The notes: generated by a model from the letters alone, not told the origin. DNA of 64,000 nucleotides from Eubacteriales bacterium (GCA_045541395.1 JAZQIZ010000009.1:20302-84301); one strand, 5' to 3'; positions 9,333 through 20,348 are shown, numbered from the stretch's first letter. Numbers and translations: made by a program.

Positions 9333-11390
9333 TTAGTCTTCTTCTTCAGCCTTTGCTTCTTCAATAACCTTCTGAGCAATGTTTGCAGGAGCTTCCTGAT
9401 AACGGGTAAACTCGAAATCAAAGTAGCCTCTGCCTCTTGTCATAGAACGAAGGTCAGTAGCATAGGTGTGCATTTCAGCCATGGGAACTTCGCCTACTAT
9501 CTCCTGAAGGTCACCGTCAACAGGGTTCATGCCGAGAACCTGACCGCGACGCTTGTTAATGTCGCCAATGATAGCGCCCATTAAGGATTCGGGAACATAG
9601 GTTTTCAGTGTGCCGATAGGCTCAAGCAGTGCTGGGCTGGCCTGAGCAAGACCTGCCTTGTAAGCAAGGGATGCTGCAACCTTGAATGCCATTTCGGAAG
9701 AGTCTACAGGGTGATAAGAACCGTCAACCAAAGTAGCCTTAAGGTTAACTACAGGGTAACCGGCAATAACGCCCTTGGAAATGCAGTCACGCAGACCCTT
9801 TTCAACTGCAGGGAAGAAGTTCTTTGGAACAGAGCCGCCGAAGATCTGCTCACAGAATTCAAGATCTTCCTGCTGGCCGGGTTCAAACTCGATCCAAACG
9901 TGACCGAACTGACCGTGACCGCCGGACTGTTTCTTATGTTTACCTTCAACCTTAACCTTCTTACGAATGGTTTCGCGGTAGGGAACCTTAGGAGTCTTAA
10001 GAGTAACGGCAGTGCCGAACTTATTCTTCAGCTTGGAAATAACAACGTCAAGGTGGTTATCGCCAACACCGGAGATGATCTGCTGGTGGGTTTCTTTATT
10101 GATGTAATATTCAAAGGTTGGATCTTCTTCAGCAAGCTTCTGTAAGCCGGAGGATATCTTCTCTTCGTCGCCCTTTGCAGCGGGAACAATAGCAAGAGAA
10201 AGAGCGGGCTTGGGGAACTGGATCTTATCAAATACAACAACTCTGGAAGCTTCACAAAGTGTGTCGCCGGTGTTGGTATTGGCAAGCTTGGTAACAACGC
10301 CTATATCGCCGGTATGAAGTCTGGGCACTTCTTCCTGCTTCTTGCCGGTTACAACGAATATACGGCCTATCTTTTCAACCTGACCGTTATTACCGTTAAC
10401 TATCTGCTTATCTGCAGAGAGGGAACCGGAAATAATGCGGAAATAAGACATCTTGCCAACAAAGGGGTCGGCAATGGTCTTAAATACAATAGCAGAGAAG
10501 GGATCGCTTTCAGAGGGAGCTATCTTAATTTCCTTTTCGTCCGCATCCTTAGCAGTAATCTCTGTATAATCAGGAGCAGGGAATACGGAAACAATTGCAT
10601 CAAGAAGGATCTCAGAAGAAGCAAGGTCGGTTGCGCTGCCTGCGAATACAGGGAAGATCTCACAGGATTCCATACCTGCCTTTAAACCCTTGTAGATTTC
10701 TTCTTTGGAGAATTCTTCGCCCTCAAAGAATTTTTCCATAAGCTCTTCATCGGTACCGGCAATAGCTTCCATAAGACGGTTTCTCATATCTTCGAGAGCG
10801 GCCTGTTCGTTAGCAGGAACGTCAATAGAGTTACCGGAAGTATCAAGTGCACGGTTTTCAATAAGGTCAATATAACCTAAAAGGTTTTCTTCACTGTCAA
10901 TAATGGGTAAGCTTGCTGGGCAAACCTTAGAGCCGAACTTTTGTGTAAGTTCGTCAAGAACTTTAAAGAAATGAGAATCTTCTTCATCAAGATGAGAGAT
11001 AATAAATGCTCTGGGCTTTTCTTTGCCGTAATCAAATACCTTTTCGGTACCAACGTTAATGCCGCTCTTACCGGAAAGCAGAATAAGTGAAGTATCGGTA
11101 GCTTTAATACCCTGGAGGGTTTCACCAACAAAGTCGAAGAAGCCCGGAGTATCAATAATATTTATCTTAAGGCCTTTCCATTCAACAGGGCAAATAGATG
11201 TGGAAATGGAAATACGTCTTTTGATTTCCTCGGTACCGTAGTCAGAGCAGGTAGTACCTGCAGCTATATTGCCCGGACGATCAATGGCTTTGGAGGTAAA
11301 AAGCAGAGCTTCAGTGAAGGTTGTCTTACCGTCAGAGCCATGGCCTGTTATACAAATATTTTTAATCATGTTTTGGGGGTATTCTTTCAT
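9333..11390 (-). CDS. Elongation factor G paralogue (EF-G2-like), stand-alone
   Basis: EF-G architecture (DTPG, EEDPTF, PKVPYRET, KQSGGHGQFG, DGSYH.VDSSEMAF); not within an rpsL-rpsG operon; G motifs are degenerate. Confidence 0.9.
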   Translation of the reverse strand: MKEYPQNMIKNICITGHGSDGKTTFTEALLFTSKAIDRPGNIAAGTTCSDYGTEEIKRRISISTSICPVEWKGLKINIIDTPGFFDFVGETLQGIKATDTSLILLSGKSGINVGTEKVFDYGKEKPRAFIISHLDEEDSHFFKVLDELTQKFGSKVCPASLPIIDSEENLLGYIDLIENRALDTSGNSIDVPANEQAALEDMRNRLMEAIAGTDEELMEKFFEGEEFSKEEIYKGLKAGMESCEIFPVFAGSATDLASSEILLDAIVSVFPAPDYTEITAKDADEKEIKIAPSESDPFSAIVFKTIADPFVGKMSYFRIISGSLSADKQIVNGNNGQVEKIGRIFVVTGKKQEEVPRLHTGDIGVVTKLANTNTGDTLCEASRVVVFDKIQFPKPALSLAIVPAAKGDEEKISSGLQKLAEEDPTFEYYINKETHQQIISGVGDNHLDVVISKLKNKFGTAVTLKTPKVPYRETIRKKVKVEGKHKKQSGGHGQFGHVWIEFEPGQQEDLEFCEQIFGGSVPKNFFPAVEKGLRDCISKGVIAGYPVVNLKATLVDGSYHPVDSSEMAFKVAASLAYKAGLAQASPALLEPIGTLKTYVPESLMGAIIGDINKRRGQVLGMNPVDGDLQEIVGEVPMAEMHTYATDLRSMTRGRGYFDFEFTRYQEAPANIAQKVIEEAKAEEED

Positions 11391-11625
11391 AAGAATATTT
11401 CTCCTTCCGAATAAATTGCTTTTTAAGCTATAATACAGCTCTTTATACCTAAACAGTATAACTCAAAATGTGAAACTTTTCAATCTTTATTTTAAATTTT
11501 GATGGATATTGTAAGTTTTGCACAATATTTTGATTTAGAAAAACCGAAATATTATGAAAAAAATATTTATTTAAGGTAATAAATATGTTAATATATAATA
11601 AAACGGAAAAGAAAAGGAGCAGGGT

Positions 11626-12453
11626 ATGTATTCCGGCTTTAAGAAAAACTTTGTAAACGGTGTTGAATTCCTCACCATTCCCTCTTTTGAAAAAACAAAT
11701 TCAGTAAAACATCTTTTCTCAACCCGTCTGGGTGGTGTGTCCGAAGGTCCGTTAAGCTCTATGAATCTGGGATTTAACCGAGGCGATAAAAGAGTCAACG
11801 TTGAGGAAAACTATCACAGGATATGCAATATACTGGGCGTTCAGTATAACAGTCTCGTGCTTTCCGCTCAGACTCACACCGCTAATGTTATTTCCGTTAA
11901 CAGAGCTCAGCGCGGTATTGGTATAAGCCGCCCTTCTTTTAATGATGTAGACGGGCTCATTACCGATAGCCCCGACGTTACCCTGGTTACTTTTTATGCC
12001 GATTGCACCCCCCTGTTTTTTCTCGATCCTGTAAAAAAAGTAGTTGCTCTTGCTCATTCCGGCTGGAAAGGCACTGTACAGAAAATAGGCAAGGTTACTG
12101 TAGAAAAAATGGTTAAAGAATACGGTTGCAAAACAGAGAACATCCTTGCGGCCATAGGGCCATGTGCAGGCCCATGCTGTTACGAGGTATCCGATGATGT
12201 TGCAATGCAACTTATGCGGGCAGGCAATAATGGTGATTGCCTCCGCTATAACAGTGTTACAGGCAAACTTCATGCCGACCTTTGGCGCACAAATTACCGT
12301 ATTATGCTAAATGCGGGCATTAAAGATGAAAATATTACGGTTGCAGGCGAGTGTACCGTATGCAACGCCGATAAATACTATTCCCACAGAAGACAAGGCC
12401 CTGAACGCGGCTCACTTGCAGCGTTTATTTCCCTTAGAGAGGAGTATAAATGA
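11626..12453 (+). CDS. pgeF: YfiH/PgeF family peptidoglycan editing factor / purine nucleoside phosphorylase
   Basis: FSTRLGGVS, QTH, ADCTP, AHSGWKG and YYSHRR motifs. Confidence 0.9.
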   Translation: MYSGFKKNFVNGVEFLTIPSFEKTNSVKHLFSTRLGGVSEGPLSSMNLGFNRGDKRVNVEENYHRICNILGVQYNSLVLSAQTHTANVISVNRAQRGIGISRPSFNDVDGLITDSPDVTLVTFYADCTPLFFLDPVKKVVALAHSGWKGTVQKIGKVTVEKMVKEYGCKTENILAAIGPCAGPCCYEVSDDVAMQLMRAGNNGDCLRYNSVTGKLHADLWRTNYRIMLNAGIKDENITVAGECTVCNADKYYSHRRQGPERGSLAAFISLREEYK

Positions 12454-13559
12454 TTAATATAATACATATTGCTGATTTACATCTCGATTCGCCAATAGGA
12501 ACTCTTCCTTCTCATATTGCAGTTTTAAGGAAAACTCAGCTCATGAGTGCCTTTCAGGATGCTCTTAATTACGCAAAAAACAATTCCACCAATATAATTC
12601 TTATTTCCGGCGATCTTTTTGATACCCCGAAGGCAGGTCAGGCGGCTATTAATAAGCTGACTTCTTTTGCCTCTTCAAATCCGGAGATACAAATATTTGT
12701 TTCTCCGGGGAACCATGATTGTGTTTTGGGAAACAATTATATTAATGCTTTTTCTCAGATGCCCAATATAAACGTGTTTACAAAAGGTGCGGTGGAAAAA
12801 GTAGATATTCCGGCTCTTAATACCTGTGTTTACGGTGTTGGATGTATTCACCCGCATTCAGAACATCGTCTTTTGGAGAATTTTTGGGTAGAAGATCCTA
12901 CTCGTATAAATTTAATGTGCTTTCACGGACTTTTGCAGGGTTATGGAGGACATGACCCGTATAATCCCATAACCAAAGAGGATATTGCCCAGAGCGGTCT
13001 CGATTATATTGCCCTGGGGCACGTTCACACTTATTCGGGTATTCAGTCTTTAGGACTTGTTAATTATGCGTATCCCGGCTGTATTTTAGGTCGTGGTTTT
13101 GATGAAACAGGTGAAAAGGGATTTATTGCGGGCACTATAGGCAAAGGGGAATGTCGGCTTGAATTAATAGAAAGCAATTATCCATCCTTTGAACGCGTAT
13201 TTGTAGACTGTACAGGCTCAAAGGATATTACGGATATTATCGAAAAAGTCAGTGAAGCAACCTCGGTTTTATCGGATACCTCTTATGTGAGCATTGTTTT
13301 AGAGGGCTATGTAAGAAGTGATATGATCATAAACCGCAGTGTAGTTTCTGAATCATTTTCAAGGTTCGCTTACGTAAAAACCTACGATAAAACCAAGCCC
13401 GTTCAGGATTACATAAGTCTTTCTAACGAGCAAAGCCTTAAGGGAATGTTTATTCGCACCGTTTTAGAATCAGGCGCCGATGAAACAGTTTTACAAAAGG
13501 CAATATCTTTAGGGCTTGCCGCCCTTTCAGGAGAGGAGCTGAATATGGATGAATATTGA
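12450..13559 (+). CDS. SbcD/Mre11-like metallophosphoesterase (YhaO-like)
   Basis: HIADLHLD, GDLFD, GNHD, ALGHVH and YPG..GRGFDE motifs. Confidence 0.85.
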   Translation: MINIIHIADLHLDSPIGTLPSHIAVLRKTQLMSAFQDALNYAKNNSTNIILISGDLFDTPKAGQAAINKLTSFASSNPEIQIFVSPGNHDCVLGNNYINAFSQMPNINVFTKGAVEKVDIPALNTCVYGVGCIHPHSEHRLLENFWVEDPTRINLMCFHGLLQGYGGHDPYNPITKEDIAQSGLDYIALGHVHTYSGIQSLGLVNYAYPGCILGRGFDETGEKGFIAGTIGKGECRLELIESNYPSFERVFVDCTGSKDITDIIEKVSEATSVLSDTSYVSIVLEGYVRSDMIINRSVVSESFSRFAYVKTYDKTKPVQDYISLSNEQSLKGMFIRTVLESGADETVLQKAISLGLAALSGEELNMDEY

Positions 13560-15486
13560 GAAGCTTAATATTAACGGTTTCGGCAAGCTTATCTCCAAAG
13601 AAATAAAGCTTAATAAAGGGCTCAATATAATATACGCCCCCAATGAAAGCGGTAAATCCACAACCGCCTCATTTATCAAGTTTATGCTTTACGGGTTTTC
13701 CAAAAAAGAGCGCGCCTCAGAGAAAAACCCTGTAACCTCCAAGCAGAAGTATATTCCATGGGAGGGTCAGCAGGCAAGCGGCAGTGTGAGATTTACCCTG
13801 AAAGGCAATGATTATACCATCTCCCGCACTGCAAAAAAGACTACCCAAACCTTCTCTGTAAATGACAGTATTACCGGAGAACAGCTGTCCGTTTATAAAG
13901 AGCCCGGTGAAGAATTTTTCGGCATAAGTCTTGAGACCTTCGAAAGCACTGCATATTTTTCTCAGGCATCCTTCTCAAGCCTTGAAATGGATGAACTTGA
14001 ATCCAAGCTGAGAAATATGGCAACAGGGGCCGACGAAGAGGTCTCCTATGAAAAGGCATCAACTAAGCTTAAAAGTTTATTTAATAAAATATCAGGTTCA
14101 AGAGCAGGCAGTCGCTCTAAAATAAGCCTTTTAACTGCAAAAAAAGAACAACTGGCTCAAAAAAAAGCGGCTATAGAAAACGTTTTGAATACTGCCGCTC
14201 CCGCTAACCTTGAAATGCTCAGAAGTAAGATCGAAAACCTTGAAACAATGCTTGAAAATAAAAAGCAGGAAATAGAGAATAATACTTTACCCCAAACCGA
14301 GAACGATCCTTCTGCTGATTCAGTATTAGCGGCAAATAAATCAAGGTTGGAGGCGTATTCCAACATTTCCGATATAACCAGAGAGGAACTTAATTCATTC
14401 ACAATAGAGTATTACCGTTGCAAAGCCGAGCTTAATAAATACTCTGATATTCCGGCCGCGCCTAAAAGATCCAATCTGGGAATATGGATGCTTATATTAT
14501 CCTTTGTTTTTGCTGTTATAGGTGCCGTCATTTGGTTTGAGGTCCGTAATATTTTTGCGTTGGTACTGACGGTTATTGCGCCTGTTCTGCTTATTACCGG
14601 CATCATTCTTATTGCAAGGGCAAATAAAAAATATCTCTCTGCTTTAAGTGCCTATGAAACCGAAAAAGAAAAGTACGGTGAATTAACGCAAAGCGTTGCT
14701 CAGGTCCGCAGGATGCTTGCAAAATACGATCTGGCGGGCGGTGAAATAAGCGAAGGCTTAAAGAGGCTTGACAATCTTGTTGAAGAAAGAGATGCCCTCA
14801 AAAAGGATATTGTTAAAGCTGAAGAGGTTATAGAAAAATGCAGGACCCAAAATAAAGAACAGCTTTTCTTAAAAACACAGACTCTCGAAAAAGAATACAG
14901 GGAGCTGGAAACCGAATACAATTCTTTGAGAATCACCATTGCTGAAAAGAAGGCTGACAGCGAGAAGATTGCTCAGGCCAAGGAAACCTTGGCCTCCATT
15001 GAAAATGAAATAGAACAAAATGAACAGGCTCTTTCTCAGTGCAGAGAGGATGCCGCTTGCGTTCTTCTGGCTATGGACTGTCTTGACAACGCCCATAATG
15101 AAATGATAAGACTTTTCGCACCGGCGCTTAATAAAGCAGCTTCCTCGTATGTGAAAGAGTTCAGTGCAGGTGAACGTACCCTTACTGTAGATGCCAAGGG
15201 CAATATAAGGGTTTGTGAAAACGGTGTTATCCGTCCGTTGGGCTATTACAGCGAAGGTACTGTAGATGCGATCTACGTTGCCGTGAGACTTGCGCTTATT
15301 GACCTTCTGTATAATGATGAAAAGCCGCCTTTGGTGTTTGATGACACCTTTGCAAACCTGGATGAAAGAAGGCTGAAAAAAATGATGGAGCTTCTCTCTT
15401 CGCTTGATTCGCAAATAATTTATTTTACCTGCAGGGATCCCCGTCCGTTTATTGAGAACAATAATTATAACCTTATTGAACTTTGA
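13549..15486 (+). CDS. SbcC/Rad50-like AAA ATPase with central TM hairpin (YhaN-like)
   Basis: GFGK, Walker A APNESGKST, coiled coil, signature YSEG, Walker B LVFDD, FTC. Confidence 0.8.
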   Translation: MNIEKLNINGFGKLISKEIKLNKGLNIIYAPNESGKSTTASFIKFMLYGFSKKERASEKNPVTSKQKYIPWEGQQASGSVRFTLKGNDYTISRTAKKTTQTFSVNDSITGEQLSVYKEPGEEFFGISLETFESTAYFSQASFSSLEMDELESKLRNMATGADEEVSYEKASTKLKSLFNKISGSRAGSRSKISLLTAKKEQLAQKKAAIENVLNTAAPANLEMLRSKIENLETMLENKKQEIENNTLPQTENDPSADSVLAANKSRLEAYSNISDITREELNSFTIEYYRCKAELNKYSDIPAAPKRSNLGIWMLILSFVFAVIGAVIWFEVRNIFALVLTVIAPVLLITGIILIARANKKYLSALSAYETEKEKYGELTQSVAQVRRMLAKYDLAGGEISEGLKRLDNLVEERDALKKDIVKAEEVIEKCRTQNKEQLFLKTQTLEKEYRELETEYNSLRITIAEKKADSEKIAQAKETLASIENEIEQNEQALSQCREDAACVLLAMDCLDNAHNEMIRLFAPALNKAASSYVKEFSAGERTLTVDAKGNIRVCENGVIRPLGYYSEGTVDAIYVAVRLALIDLLYNDEKPPLVFDDTFANLDERRLKKMMELLSSLDSQIIYFTCRDPRPFIENNNYNLIEL

Positions 15487-15530
15487 ATAAATTTATGGTA
15501 TTATATACAAAAAACTAAAGGAGATTTACT

Positions 15531-16433
15531 ATGACTCTTGTTATTTTAGCCGCAGGATTAGGCAGCCGTTACGGCGGCCTTAAGCAGATCGACCCTGTAG
15601 GTCCCAACGGTGAATTTATTATAGACTATTCTATTTTTGATGCAAAAAAGGCAGGTTTTAATAAGGTAGTATTCATTATTAAAGAAGAAAATCTTCAGGA
15701 CTTTAAAGATACTATCGGAAACCGCGTAGAAAAGCATATAAATATTGAGTATGCATTTCAGAATATTGAAGATCTTCCCGAAGGCTATAAGGTTCCCGAA
15801 GGCCGCGAGAAACCCTGGGGAACTTCTCAGGCTCTTTTGAGCGCGCAAAATGTTGTTAATGAAAACTTTGCAGTTATTAATGCCGACGATTTTTATGGCC
15901 GTGATTCCTTTGAAAAGATTTTTTCCTATCTGAAGAACTATGTTCCCGGCAACGGCAAGAAAAACTATGCTATGTGCGGCTTTGTGCTTAAGAATACACT
16001 TTCTGATCATGGTCACGTTGCAAGAGGCGTTTGTAAAACGGAAAACGGTATGCTCGTCCATATAGATGAACGCACCAAGATCCAGCGAAATAACGGTCAG
16101 GCTCAGTATTTTGAGGAGGAGACCGGCTGGACTGATGTTGATGAAAACAGCCCGGTTTCAATGAACTTCTGGGGCTTCGATCCTTCTGTTTTTGAAGAAA
16201 TCAGAAAAAGAGAACCGAATTTCCTTGATAATTTAAAAAATCCTTTAAAGGATGAGTACCTGCTGCCTGTAAGCGTACAGGATCTTATGAATGACGGCGT
16301 TTGTGATGTAACTGTTCTTCATACCGGTTCTAAATGGTATGGTGTAACCTACAAGGAAGATAAGGCGCCGGTTGTAGAATTTATTCGTAGCCAGATAGAT
16401 ACGGGTGTGTACCCTGAAAAGCTTTGGGATTAA
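15531..16433 (+). CDS. Sugar-phosphate nucleotidyltransferase family protein
   Basis: LAAGLGSRYGGLKQ, KPWGT and INADDFYG motifs. Confidence 0.85.
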   Translation: MTLVILAAGLGSRYGGLKQIDPVGPNGEFIIDYSIFDAKKAGFNKVVFIIKEENLQDFKDTIGNRVEKHINIEYAFQNIEDLPEGYKVPEGREKPWGTSQALLSAQNVVNENFAVINADDFYGRDSFEKIFSYLKNYVPGNGKKNYAMCGFVLKNTLSDHGHVARGVCKTENGMLVHIDERTKIQRNNGQAQYFEEETGWTDVDENSPVSMNFWGFDPSVFEEIRKREPNFLDNLKNPLKDEYLLPVSVQDLMNDGVCDVTVLHTGSKWYGVTYKEDKAPVVEFIRSQIDTGVYPEKLWD

Positions 16434-16434
16434 T

Positions 16435-16463
16435 AAAAAAGGCTCTTAAAAAGAGCCTTTTTT
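16435..16463 (+). terminator. Intrinsic terminator
   Basis: aaaaaaggctctt-aaa-aagagcctttttt. Confidence 0.8.
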
Positions 16464-16532
16464 ATATGGATTTTTACATAAAACTGTGTTATAATACATT
16501 GGTATGTAAATCTATTGAAAGGGGTAAGTCAG

Positions 16533-17336
16533 ATGTATAATACAGATTACCATTTTCATACCCATCTTTCTTTTGACGGCTCTTCGTCTTTAGGCGAAAT
16601 GGTTAAGGCTGCATCGAAAAAAGGCTTAAATGAGATTTGTGTTACAGATCATTATGAATGTAATCGTCCTTCTTTTATTAAACTGAATACTCCTGTTTCG
16701 GTAATGCGCAGGGAGTTTTATAATGCTGTTGCCGCTAATACTACTAACGTTAATTTGCGTTTCGGTATTGAACTGGGGCAGCCTGCAGGGAATACATATC
16801 AGGCACAAATGGCTCTTTCCGAAGGCGGGTTTGATTTTGTTATGGCCTCGGTACACGCTATTTATAACGGTACGAAATGTATCAGCAGAGTAGATTACAA
16901 TAACCCCGAAGAGGCGGACGAGGCTATTAATGCCTATTATGATATTACCGAGGAAATAATTAATTGGGGCAAATTTGATATTCTTGCTCATTTTAATATT
17001 TTTCTTCGTTATGTTGCTCGCCGGAGCGCAAATATAGATATTCGCAAATATTACAGCCGTATGGAGAAAATATTCAAAATGCTTTCTTCTGAAGGCAAGG
17101 GCCTGGAGGTAAATGCAACAAGCTTTTATCAGCCACTTAAAGAAACCTTGCCAAACCTTGAAATTTTGAAGCTCTATAAAGATTGCGGCGGTGAAATTAT
17201 TACAGTTGGCTCCGATGCTCATGAAATGAACAATATCGGCCGCGGCACCGAAATGGCCGTATCCGTTGCAAAAGATGCCGGCTTCAATAAAATAGCACTG
17301 TTTAAAGAACGTAATGTATCTTTTGTTAATATCTGA
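16533..17336 (+). CDS. PHP-family histidinol-phosphatase (HisJ/HisK-like)
   Basis: DYHFHT, TDH, GIELG, SVH, LAH and GSDAH motifs. Confidence 0.8.
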   Translation: MYNTDYHFHTHLSFDGSSSLGEMVKAASKKGLNEICVTDHYECNRPSFIKLNTPVSVMRREFYNAVAANTTNVNLRFGIELGQPAGNTYQAQMALSEGGFDFVMASVHAIYNGTKCISRVDYNNPEEADEAINAYYDITEEIINWGKFDILAHFNIFLRYVARRSANIDIRKYYSRMEKIFKMLSSEGKGLEVNATSFYQPLKETLPNLEILKLYKDCGGEIITVGSDAHEMNNIGRGTEMAVSVAKDAGFNKIALFKERNVSFVNI

Positions 17337-17351
17337 TAATCAGGTGATATT

Positions 17352-18215
17352 TTGAAAATAACCGTTAAAGCATCAGCAAAAATAAATCTGTCTTTGGATA
17401 TAGAAGGTGTACGGAAGGACGGATACCATCTTCTTAATACCGTTATGCAGTCAGTTTCTTTATATGATTATATAAATATTGATACTGACGGAAAAGGCAT
17501 AAGCCTTTCAGGTAATTTAAAATATGTGCCTTATAACGAAAAAAATATTGCTTATAAGGCAGCAAAACTATTCTTTGATCTTGTAAAAGAAGAGCCTCAT
17601 GTGAAAATCGATCTTATAAAGCATATCCCCGTTTGCGCCGGTATGGGCGGCGGAAGTTCAAATGCGGCGGCTGTTCTTTTAGGTTTAAATAAGGCTTTTG
17701 GCGATCCCATTGCAAAAGAAACTCTTTGTAAAAGTTCCGTATCTTTGGGCGCAGACGTTCCGTTCTTTTTTTACGGCGGAACCAAACAGTGCAAGGGTAT
17801 AGGAGAAAAAATAACAGATATTCCTTCAATGCCCCAATGCCCAATAGTTATTTTAAAGGATAAAACAGGAGTTTCCACGGCGGCGGCTTTCTCAGCCTTT
17901 GATAAAAACCCTAAGGCTACGTCCAATACGGAAAATATTATTGCTGCCATAGAGAATAAGGATCTTTCTTCTTTAGGCAACTCCCTTGGCAATGCTTTAT
18001 ATGATAATTCAGCAGGTCTTTGCCCTCAGATAACAAAGAATATAGAGATACTAAAGAGCTTTGGCGCTTATTCCTGTATGACGGGCAGCGGCTCGGCAGT
18101 ATTCGGCCTCTTTGAAAGTAATGAACAGGCAAATAAGGCCTTTAATGAATGTAAGGGGAATCATGATAATACTGTTCTTTGTGCTCCCACGGAAAATTCA
18201 ATATTGTTTTATTAA
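17352..18215 (+). CDS. ispE: 4-diphosphocytidyl-2-C-methyl-D-erythritol kinase
   Basis: AKINLSL, KHIPVCAGMGGGSSNAA, GADVPF and MTGSGS motifs. Confidence 0.93.
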   Translation: MKITVKASAKINLSLDIEGVRKDGYHLLNTVMQSVSLYDYINIDTDGKGISLSGNLKYVPYNEKNIAYKAAKLFFDLVKEEPHVKIDLIKHIPVCAGMGGGSSNAAAVLLGLNKAFGDPIAKETLCKSSVSLGADVPFFFYGGTKQCKGIGEKITDIPSMPQCPIVILKDKTGVSTAAAFSAFDKNPKATSNTENIIAAIENKDLSSLGNSLGNALYDNSAGLCPQITKNIEILKSFGAYSCMTGSGSAVFGLFESNEQANKAFNECKGNHDNTVLCAPTENSILFY

Positions 18216-18246
18216 GAAGCACGGTTAACAGCCTGCTTCTTTTTTT
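18214..18246 (+). terminator. Intrinsic terminator
   Basis: Imperfect aagaagca...tgcttctt stem followed by a T-tract. Confidence 0.6.
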
Positions 18247-18277
18247 ATTTAGTTAACTTAAAATTTACTTTTTATTA

Positions 18278-18306
18278 TTGAAAAAGCCGGGGTAATGAGC
18301 TATAAT
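18278..18306 (+). promoter_or_regulatory. SigA-type promoter for ychF
   Basis: TTGAAA-17 nt-TATAAT. Confidence 0.6.
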
Positions 18307-18372
18307 ATAATAGTTATATTGGGTATTTATGCCCCAATATGATAAGGTAATAAATAAGGAGAATTAAAATAT

Positions 18373-19467
18373 ATGAAATTAGGAATCGTAGGACTGCCTA
18401 ACGTAGGTAAAAGCACTCTTTTTAATGCAATAACAAACGCAGGCGCTCAGTCGGCTAACTATGCCTTCTGTACAATAGAACCAAACGTTGGCGTTGTTGA
18501 TGTTCCCGATGCAAGGCTTGATAAGCTGGCACAGATGTACAACCCCAAAAAGAAAACCCCCGCAGTTATTGAATTTGTTGATATTGCAGGTCTTGTTAAA
18601 GGCGCATCCCGCGGTGAAGGTCTTGGTAATAAATTTCTTTCTCATATAAGAGAGGTCGATGCAATAGTACACGTTGTGCGTTGTTTTGACGATATCAATA
18701 TTATTCACGTTGACGGCAGTGTAGATCCCGCAAGAGATACCGAAACTATTAATTTTGAGCTTATTTTTGCTGATATGGAAATGCTGGAGCGCAGGATCGA
18801 CCGTGTAACTAAGTCTATGAAGGGTGATAAGAGCCTTGCTACAGAGCTTAACCTTTTAAAGCGTGTTTATGAAACCCTTGAAAACGGCAAGCCGGCAAGA
18901 AGCCTTGAATATACCGATGACGAACTGAAGATTATGAAGAGCATCTCTCTTCTTACTTTGAAGCCGGTTATTTATGCTGCAAATATGGACGAAGCAACCT
19001 TTGCCGCTGGCGTTGAAAATAACCCTTACTTTAACCGCCTCTGCGAAATTGCCAAGGAAGAAAACGCCGAAGTTCTTCCCATCTGTGCTGCTCTGGAAGC
19101 AGAGATCGCTTCTATGGATGAAGAAGAAAAACAAATGTTCTTAGAGGAAATAAACCTGGATAAATCAGGTCTGGACCGTATGGTAAATGCCTGCTATAGC
19201 CTCTTAGGCTTAATAAGCTTCCTTACTGCAGGTGAGGATGAATGCCGTGCCTGGACTATTACCAAGGGTACAAAAGCCCCCGGTGCCGCCGGCAAGATAC
19301 ATTCCGATTTTGAGCGTGGTTTTATCCGCGCAGAAACTATTTCATTTAATGATCTTGTGGAGTGTGGCGATATGGCTAAGGCCCGTGAAAAGGGCTTGCT
19401 CCGCAGTGAAGGTAAAGAATATGTAGTTGAAGACGGAGATATTATTTTATTCCGTTTTAACGTATAA
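18373..19467 (+). CDS. ychF: Redox-regulated ATPase YchF
   Basis: [34 protein letters not shown] and a TGS C-terminus ending FRFNV. Confidence 0.97.
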   Translation: MKLGIVGLPNVGKSTLFNAITNAGAQSANYAFCTIEPNVGVVDVPDARLDKLAQMYNPKKKTPAVIEFVDIAGLVKGASRGEGLGNKFLSHIREVDAIVHVVRCFDDINIIHVDGSVDPARDTETINFELIFADMEMLERRIDRVTKSMKGDKSLATELNLLKRVYETLENGKPARSLEYTDDELKIMKSISLLTLKPVIYAANMDEATFAAGVENNPYFNRLCEIAKEENAEVLPICAALEAEIASMDEEEKQMFLEEINLDKSGLDRMVNACYSLLGLISFLTAGEDECRAWTITKGTKAPGAAGKIHSDFERGFIRAETISFNDLVECGDMAKAREKGLLRSEGKEYVVEDGDIILFRFNV

Positions 19468-19478
19468 GGAGAAAAACA

Positions 19479-20348
19479 ATGAAGTTTTCTGAAAAACTTA
19501 AACAGTATTTTATAAAGCAGGATCCTTCCTTGCCTCCAATGGAGCCGGCTGTTGCTCGTAAAAGAGGTGAAATAGCCCCCGGCACAGGTGAATTGACCGC
19601 CCAGGGGTACAGAGTCCCTTTTGTGGACACTCTAAGGGGCGTACTGCTGATAATCGCAGTTCTCTACGAAATCGTTTACGTTGTTTATACATATGGTTTT
19701 TTTGACGGAACCGTGATCTCCTCTTTAAGTGAAAAGGTGCTTACGGGAGAGAACCTGAATTATTGGATATTCGGTTTTCAGGCAGCGTTTGTAATAGTTT
19801 CAGGAATGTGCGTAAACTATACGAAGAATATTTTCAAGGGTGCTGTTCGTCTTGCTGTATGTGCGGTAATAATAACTGTAGGCAGTATAGTTTTCTTTGG
19901 TTTTGAATCTGCCGTTTGGTTTGGTATGGTCCATATGCTGGCTGTAAGCTGGGCTGTTTACGGTATTATAGATAAAAAGTGCGTTAAGATATATGATAAG
20001 GTAGGGGTTGCCGCCTGGATGGTGATCTTTCTGATTTTCTTCCTGCTTACTCAGTATTACGCTGTTCCCAGGCTTTATATAGGCAGTGTGGAGATCCCAT
20101 ATTATTTCCTGGGATTTACCCCCGCGGATTTTGCCCCTCTTGAATTTTTCGGAATTCTGCCCTGGATATTCATTTTCTTCTGCGGTGTAACCTTAGGTAA
20201 ATATATGCGTGACGGTTATATTGCCGAAAACACTTATAAATTCCGCATCCCCGGTGTGGATATTATCGGCCGCAACGGCAGATTCATTTATCTGCTTCAT
20301 TATCCCGTAGTTTATGGAGTAATACTCCTTGTTGATAAGTTTGTATAA
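19479..20348 (+). CDS. DUF1624 / heparan-alpha-glucosaminide N-acetyltransferase-like membrane protein
   Basis: R...VDTLRG, FG.VHML, ILPW and GR....IYLLH motifs; multiple TM helices. Confidence 0.7.
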   Translation: MKFSEKLKQYFIKQDPSLPPMEPAVARKRGEIAPGTGELTAQGYRVPFVDTLRGVLLIIAVLYEIVYVVYTYGFFDGTVISSLSEKVLTGENLNYWIFGFQAAFVIVSGMCVNYTKNIFKGAVRLAVCAVIITVGSIVFFGFESAVWFGMVHMLAVSWAVYGIIDKKCVKIYDKVGVAAWMVIFLIFFLLTQYYAVPRLYIGSVEIPYYFLGFTPADFAPLEFFGILPWIFIFFCGVTLGKYMRDGYIAENTYKFRIPGVDIIGRNGRFIYLLHYPVVYGVILLVDKFV

